Part shown: one piece after another, positions 56,301 through 64,000 of the stretch
Layout of the letters: the number at the start of each line of letters is the position of its first letter
Numbering within the stretch: position 1 is the stretch's first letter
DNA from: the human T2T-CHM13v2.0 reference genome, Homo sapiens
Length of the DNA: 64,000 nt
Assembly: GCF_009914755.1 (NCBI RefSeq)
Contig: NC_060933.1
Strand: one strand, 5' to 3'
Translations under genes and position numbers: made by a program
The notes under the pieces: model-generated
The model's input: the letters and a program-made list of their open reading frames with translations, nothing else
The model's database searches: none
What the model was told of the DNA's origin: nothing

Positions 56301-59300
56301 GGAATGGAAAGGAACGGAATGCAATGGAATGGAATGGAATGGAATGGAATGGAATGGAATCAACGCGAGTGCAGGGGAATGGAATGTAATGGAATGCAAT
56401 GGAATGGAATCTTCCGGAATGGAATGGAATGGAATGGAATGGAATCAACCCGAGTGCAATGGAATGGCGTGGAATGGAATGGAATGGAATGGAACAACCC
56501 GAATGGAATGGAATGTAATGGAGAGTAAGGGAGTTGAATAGAATCAATCCGAATGTAATGGAATGGAATGGAAAGGAATGGAATTGAATGGAATGGAATG
56601 GAATGCAATGGAATGGAATCAAACCGAGTGCAATGAAATGGAGAGGAATGGAATGGAATGGAGTGGAAACTACCCGAATGGAATGCAATGTAATGGAGTG
56701 TAAGGGAATTGAATAGAATCAATCCGAATATAATGGAAAGGAATGGAACGGAATGGAATGGAATGGAATGGAATGGAATGGAATGGAATGCAATGCAATG
56801 GAAAGGAATCAACCCGAGTGCAATCGAATGGAATCGAATGGAATGGAATGCAATGGAATGGAATCAACTCGATTGCAATCGAATGGAATGGAATGGAATT
56901 AACTCGAATAGAATGGAATGGAACGGAATGGAAAGGAACGGAATGGAATGGAATGGAATGGAATGGAATGGAATGGAATGGAACGGAACGGAATGGAATG
57001 GAATGGAATCAACGCGAGTGCAGGGGAATGGAATGGAATGGAATGCAATGGAATGGAATCTTCCGGAATGGAATGGAATGAAATGCAATGGATTCAACTC
57101 GATTGCAATGGAATGGAATAGAATGGAATGGAATGGAATGGAATGGAATTAACCCGAATAGAATGGAATGGAATGCAATGGAACGGAATGGAACGGAATG
57201 GAATGGAATGGAATGAAATGGAATGGTATGGAATGGAATGGAATGGTACGGAATAGAATGGAATGGAACGAATTGTAATGGAATGGAATTGAATGGAATG
57301 GAATGGAATCAACGCGAGTGCAGGGGAATGTAATGGAATGGAATGCAATGGAATGGAATCATCCGCAATGGAATGGAATGGAATGGAATGGAATGGAATC
57401 AACCCGAGTGCAATGGAATGGAGTGAAATGGAATGGAATGGAATGGAAAACACGAATGGAATGGAATGTAATGGAGAGTAAGGGAGTTGAATAGAATCAA
57501 GCTGAATGTAATTGAATGCAACTTAATGGAATGGAATGGAATGGAATGCAATGGAATGGAATCAACCCGAGTACAATGGAATGGAATGGAATGGAATGGA
57601 ATGGAATGGAATGGAATGGAATGGAATGGAATGGAATCAACACGATTGCAATCGAATGGAATGGAATGGAATTAACCCGAATAGAATGGAATGGAATGGA
57701 ATGGAACGGAACGGAATGGAATGGAATGGAATGGAATGGAATGGAATGCAATGGAACGGAACGGAACGGAATGGAATGAAATGGAATGGAATGGAATGGA
57801 ATCAACGCGAGTGCAGGGGAATGGAATGGAATGGAATGCAATGGAATGGAATATTCCGGAATGGAATGGAGTGGAATGGAATGGAATGAAATGCAGTGGA
57901 TTCAACTCGATTGCAATGGAATGGAATAGAATGGAATGGAATGGAATGGAATGGAATTAACCCGAATAGAATGGAATAGAATGGAACAGAATGGAACGGA
58001 ATGGAATGGAATGGAATGGAATGGAATGGTATGGAATGGAATGGAATGGTACGGAATAGAATGGAATGGAACGAATTGTAATGGAATGGAATTGAATGGA
58101 ATGGAATGGAATGGAATGGAATCAACGCGAGTGCAGGGGAATGTAATGCAACGGAATGCAATGGAATGGAAACATCCGGAATGGAATGGAAAGAAATGGA
58201 ATGGAATGGAATCAACCCGAGTGCAATGGAATGGAGTGGAATGGAATGGAATGGAATGGAACAACCCGAATGGAATGGAATGTAATGGACAGTAAGGGAG
58301 TTGAATAGAATCAATCCGAATGTAATGGAATGGAATGCAACGGAATGGAATGGAATGGAATGGAATGGAATGGAATGGAATGGAATGGAATGCAAAGGAA
58401 TGGAATCAACCAGAGTGGAATGGCATGGAATGGAATGCAATGGAATGGAATGGAATGGAATCAACTCGAGTGTAAATGAATGGAATGGAATGGAAAGGAA
58501 TGGAATGAAGTCAACTCGAGTGGAATGGAATGGAATGGAATGGATTGGAATGGATTGCAATGGAATGAAATGGAATGGAATGGAATGGAATCAATCATTC
58601 CGAGTGGAATGGAAGGGAATGTAATAGAGTGGAAAGAAGGGAATGGAATCAACCCGAGTGGAATGCAAGGCAATGGAATGGAATGGAAAGGAATGGAATG
58701 GAATCAACTCGATTGCAATGCAATGGAATGGAATTTAATGGAATTAACCGGAATAGAATGGAATGGAATGGAATGGAACGGAATGGAATGGAATGGAAGG
58801 GAATGGAATCAACACGAGTGTAGGGGAATGGAATGCAATGCAATGGAATGGAATCATCCGGAATGGAATGGAATGGAATGGAATCAACTCCATTGCAATG
58901 GAATGGAATGGAATGGAATGGAATAGAATGGAATGGAATTAACCCGAATAGAATGGAATGCAATAGAATGGAATGCAACGGAACCGAATGGAGTGGAATG
59001 GAATGGAATGGAATGGAATGGAATGGAATGGAATGGAATCAACTCGATGGCAATCGAATGGAATGGAATGGAATTAACCCGAATAGAATGGAATGGAATG
59101 GAATGGAACGGAACGGAATGGAATGGAATGGAATGGAATGGAATGGAACGGAACGGAATGGAATGGAATGGAATGGAATGGAATCAACGCGAGTGCAGGG
59201 GAATGGAATGGAATGGAATGCAATGGAATGGAATCTTCCGGAATGGAATGGAATGGAATGAAAGGCAATGGATTCAACTCGACTGCAATGGAATGGAATA

Positions 59301-62300
59301 GAATGGAATGGAATGGAATGGAATGGAACGGAATTGAATGGAATGGAATGCCTTCAAACCGAATGGAATGGAAAGGAATGGAATCAACACGAGTGGAAAG
59401 GAATGGAATGGAAAGGAATGGAATGGAATGGAATGGTATGGAATAGAATGGAATCGAACGAACTGGAATGGAATGGAATGGAATGGAATGGAATAGAATG
59501 GAATGGAATCGCTCCGAGTGGAATAGGAGGGAATGTATTCGAGTGGAATGGAAAGGAATGGAATCAACCAGAGTGGAATGGAAGGGAATGGAATGGAATG
59601 GAAACTAATAGAATGGAATCAACCCGAGTGGAAAGGAATGGAAAGGACTGGAATGTAATGGAATGGAATGGAATGGAATGGAATGGAATCAACTCGATTG
59701 TAATGGAATGGAATGGAATGGAATGGAATGGAATGGAATGGAATGGAATGGAATTAACCCGAATACAATGGAATGGAATAGAATGGAATGGAATGGAACG
59801 GAATGGAGTGGAATGGAATGGAATCAACCCGAGTGCAGGGGAATGGAATGGAATGGAATGCAATGGAATGGAATCATCCGGAATGGAATGGAATGCAATG
59901 CAATGGAATCAACTCGATTGCAATGGAATGGAATGGAATGGAAAGTAATATAATTGAATCAACCCGAGTGTAATGGAATGGAGTGGAATGGAATGGAATG
60001 GAATGGAACAACCCGAATGGAATGGAATGTAATGGAGAGTAAGGGAGTTGAATAGAATCAATCCGAATGTAATGGAATGGAATGCAACGGAATGGAATGG
60101 AATGGAATGGAATGGAATGGAATGGAATGGAATGGAATGGAATCAACCCGACTGCAGGGTAATGGAATGGAATGGAATGGAATGGAATGGAATCATCCGG
60201 ACCGGAATGGAATGGAATGGAATGGAATCAACTCGATTGCAATGGAATGGAATGGAATGGAATTAACCCAAATAGAATGGAATGGAATGGAATGGAACGG
60301 AACGGAATGGAATGGAATGGAATGGAATGGAACGGAATGGAACGGAACGGAATGGAATGGAATGGAATGGAATGGAATCAACGCGAGTGTAGGGGAATGG
60401 AATGGAATGGAATGCAATGGAATGGAATCTTTCGGAATGGAATGGAATGGAATGGAATGAAATGCAATGGATTCAACTCGATTGCAATGGAATGGAATAG
60501 AATGGAATGGAATGGAATGGAATGGAATTAACCCGAATAGAATGGAATGGAATGGAATGGAACGGAATGGAACGGAATGGAATGGAATGGAATGGAACGG
60601 AATGGACTGCAATGGTATGGAATGGAATGGAATGGTACGGAATAGAATGGAATGGAACGAATTCTAATGGAATGGAATTGAATGGAATGGAATGCTATGG
60701 AATGGAATGGAATGGTATGGAATGTAATGGAATGGTACGGAATAGATTGGAATGGAACGAATTGGAATGGAATGGAATCGAATGGAATCGAATGGAATGG
60801 AATGGAATCAACCGGAGTGCAGGGTAATGTAATGGAACGGAATGCAATGGAATGGAATCATCCGGGATGGAATGGAATGGAATGGAATGGAATGGAATGG
60901 AATGGAATGGAATCAACCCGAGTGCAATGGAATGGAGTGGAATGGAATGGAATGGAATGGAACAACCCGAATGGAATGGAATGTAATGGAGAGTAAGGGA
61001 GTTGAATAGAATCAATCCGAATGTAATGTAATGGAATGGAACGGAATGGAATGGAATGGAATGGAATGGAATGGAATGGAATGCAATGGAATGGAATCAA
61101 CCCGAGTACAATGGAATGGAATGGAATGGAATGGAATGGAATGGAATGCAATGGAATGGAATCAACCCGAGGGCAATGGAATAGAGAGGAATGGAATGGA
61201 AAGGAATGGAAACTACCCGAATGGAATGGAATGGAATGGAGTGTAAGGGAATTGAATAAAATCAATCCGAATGGAATGGAATGGAATGGAACGGAATGTA
61301 ATGTAATGGAATGGAATGGAATCAACCCGAGTGCAGGGGAATGGAATGGAATGGAATGCAATGGAATGGAATCATCCGGAATGGAATGGAATGGAATGGA
61401 ATCAACTCCATTGCAATGGAATGGAATCGAATGGAATGGAATAGAATGGAATGGAATTAACCCGAATAGAATGGAATGCAATAGAATGGAATGCAATGGA
61501 ACCGAATGGAGGTGAATGGAATGGAATGGAATCAACCCGAGTACAGAGGAATGGAATCGACCGGAATGCAATGGAATGGAGTCATCCGTAATGGAATGGA
61601 AAGGAATGGAATGGAATGGAATGGAATGGAATGGAATGGAATGGAATGGAATCAACTCGATGGCAATCGAATGGAATGGAATGGAATTAACCCGAATAGA
61701 ATTGAATGGAATGGAATGGAACGGAACGGAATGGAATGGAATGGAATGGAATGGAATGGAATGGAATGGAACGGAACGGAATGGAATGGAATGGAATGGA
61801 ATGGAATCAACGCGAGTGCAGGGGAATGGAATGTAATGGAATGCAATGGAATGGAATCTTCCGGAATGGAATGGAATGCAATGGAATGGAATGAAAGGCA
61901 ATGGATTCAACTCGATTGCAATGGAATGGAATAGAATGGAATGGAATGGAATGGAATGGAATGGAATGGAATGGAATGGAATGGAATGGAATGGAATTGA
62001 ATGGAATGGAATCTCTTCAAACCGAATGGAATGGAAAGGAATGGAATCAACACGAGTGGAAAGGAATGGAATGGAAAGGAATGGAATGGAATGGAATGGT
62101 ACGGAATAGAACGGAATGGAACGAACTGGAATGGAATGGAATGGAATGGAATGGAATGGAATGGAATGGAATGGTATCGTTCCGAGTGGAATAGGAGGGA
62201 ATGTATTCGAGTGGAATGGAAAGGAATGGAATCAACCAGAGTGGAATGGAAGGGAATGGAATGGAATGGAAACTAATAGAATGGAATCAACCCGAGTGGA

Positions 62301-64000
62301 ATGGAATGGAAAGGACTGAAATGGAATGGAATGGAATGGAATGGAAGGCAATCAACTCGATTGTAATGGAATGGAATGGAATGGAATGGAATGGAATGGA
62401 ATGGAATGGAATTAACCCGAATACAATGGAATGGAATGGAATGGAACGGAACGGAATGGAATGGAATGGAATGGAATGGAATGGAATGGTATGGAATGGA
62501 ATGGAATGGTATGGAATAGAATGGAATGGAACGAAGTGTAATGGAATGGAATTGAATGGAATGGAATGGAATGGAATCAACGCAAGTGCAGGGGAATGTA
62601 ATGGAACGGAATGCAATGGAATGGAATCATCCGGAATGGAATGGAATGGAAAGGAATGGAATGGAATGGAATCAACCCGAGTGCAATGGAATGGAGAGGA
62701 ATGAAATGGAATGGAATGGAACAACCCGAATGGAATGGAATGTAATGGACAGTAAGGGAGTTGAATAGAATCAATCCGAATGTAATGGAATGGAATGCAA
62801 CGGAATGGAATGGAATGGAATGGAATGGAAAGGAATGGAATGGAATGGAATGGACTGCAAAGGAATGGAATCAACCCGAGTGGAATGGCATGCAATGGAA
62901 TGCAACTGAATGGAATGGAATGGAATCAACTCGAGTGGAAAGGAATGGAATGGAATGGAAAGGAATGGAATGAAGTCAACTCGAGTGGAATGGAATGGAA
63001 TGGAATGGATAGGAATGGATTGCAATGGAATGAAATGGAATGGAAAGAATGGAATCAATCATTCCGAGTGGAATGGAAGGGAATGTAATAGAGTGGAAAG
63101 AAGGGAATGGAATCAACCCGAGTGGAATGCAAGGCAATGGAATGGAATGGAAAGGAATGGAATGGAATCAACTCGATTGCAATGGAATGGAATGGAATGG
63201 AATGGAATGGAATGGAATCAACTCGATGGCAATCGAATGGAATGGAATGGAATTAACCCGAATGGAATGGAATGGAATGGAATGGAACGGAACGGAATGG
63301 AATGGAATGGAATGGAATGGAATGGAATGGAATCAACGCGAGTGCAGGGGAATGGAATGGAATGGAATGCAATGGAATGGAATCTTCCGGAATGGAATGG
63401 AATGGAATGAAAGGCAATGGATTCAACTCGATGGCAATGGAATGGAATAGAATGGAATGGAATGGAATGGAATGGAATTGAATGGAATGGATTGCCTTCA
63501 AACCGAATGGAATGGAAAGGAATGGAATAAACACGAGTGGAAAGGAATGGAATGGAAAGGAATGGAATGGAATGGAATGGTATGGAATAGAATGGAATCG
63601 AACGAACTGGAATGGAATGGAATGGAATGGAATGGAATGGAATGGAATGGAATCGTTCCGAGTGGAATAGGAGGGAATGTATTCGAGTGGAATGGAAAGG
63701 AATGGAATCAACCAGAGTGCAATGGAAGGGAATGGAATGGAATGGAAACTAATAGAATGGAATCAACCCGAGTGGAAAGGAATGGAAAGGACTGGAATGG
63801 AATGGAATGGAATGGAATGGAATGGAATCAACTCGATTGTAATGGAATGGAATGGAATGGAATGGAATGGAATGGAATGGAATTAACCCGAATACAATGG
63901 AATGGAATGGAATGGAACGGAATGGAGTGGAATGGAATGGAATCAACCCGAGTGCAGGGGAATGGAATGGAATGGAATGCAATGGAATGGAATCATCCGG

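Larger units (their letters stand above)
1..64000 (+). repeat. Satellite III (HSat3) array, (GGAAT)n/(ATTCC)n, pericentromeric-type heterochromatic satellite; continues beyond both window edges
   Basis: Continuous GGAAT pentamers throughout, interspersed with CAACCCGAGT/CAACCCGAAT (reverse complement A[C/T]TCGGGTTG), the 10-mer that defines satellite III. It lacks the dense CATTCGATTC/ATCATC pattern of satellite II. Orientation is the same throughout. Confidence 0.98.
22560..64000 (+). repeat. Distal HSat3 domain: aperiodic mosaic of recurring modules (resembles chr9q12/pHuR98-type satellite III; assignment tentative)
   Basis: Recurring words CAACCCGAGTGCAATCGAATGGAATCG, CAACTTGAATGG, CAACGCGAGTGCAGGGG, CTTCCGG, GGAGAGTAAGGGAGTTG and CGTTCCGAGTGGAATAGGAGGG. 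No constant long period was seen. Confidence 0.8.

Noticed and set aside
13-63982. Hundreds of ORFs encoding MEWNG or IPFHS repeats, including 491 aa (4660-6135, -) and 404 aa (19227-20441, +)
   Set aside because: (GGAAT)3 reads ATG GAA TGG AAT GGA in all three frames with no stop on either strand. Overlapping ORFs in all six frames, no domain content and no frame preference mark these as repeat artefacts.
1-64000. CRISPR-like repeat/spacer appearance (recurrent CAACCCGAGT separated by 30-60 bp)
   Set aside because: The intervening sequence is GGAAT repeat rather than unique spacers, spacing is irregular, there are no cas genes, and the context is a primate satellite.
1-64000. Alu, L1, ERV or other non-satellite insertion; strand inversion
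   Set aside because: No stretch departs from the pentamer pattern for more than ~30 bp, there is no poly(A) tail or target-site duplication, and there are no (ATTCC)n runs on the + strand.
1-64000. Satellite II or DYZ1 (3.6 kb) / D15Z1 (1.8 kb) identity
   Set aside because: It lacks the HSat2 CATTCGATTC/ATCATC signature, and no sustained 3.6 kb or 1.8 kb period was seen among landmark words.

Overview
The whole 64 kb is classical human/great-ape satellite III (HSat3). It is a (GGAAT)n pentamer array, G-rich strand on +, interrupted by in-register diverged 10-mers of the CAACCCGAGT/CAACTCGATT/TAACCCGAAT family. I found no strand inversion, retroelement insertion, gene, RNA gene or CRISPR array. 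All listed ORFs are the stop-free translation of the pentamer (MEWNG on +, IPFHS on -). The array has two domains. Bases 1 to ~20.9 kb hold about 2.5 near-identical copies of a 7.4-8.9 kb higher-order unit with discrete structural variants. From ~22.6 kb to the end there is an aperiodic mosaic of 0.3-1.7 kb modules with a different vocabulary of variant words. The most interesting signals are: (1) about 28 perfect three-unit heat-shock elements (GGAAT-CTTCC-GGAAT), found only in the distal domain; (2) a ~0.9 kb distal-type patch embedded in proximal unit 1; (3) a recombinant-looking ~0.71 kb duplication in unit 2; (4) pentamer register slips that are all explained by loss of bases. I cannot support a new protein-coding system here. 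Coordinates and counts were read by eye, and domain boundaries are approximate.
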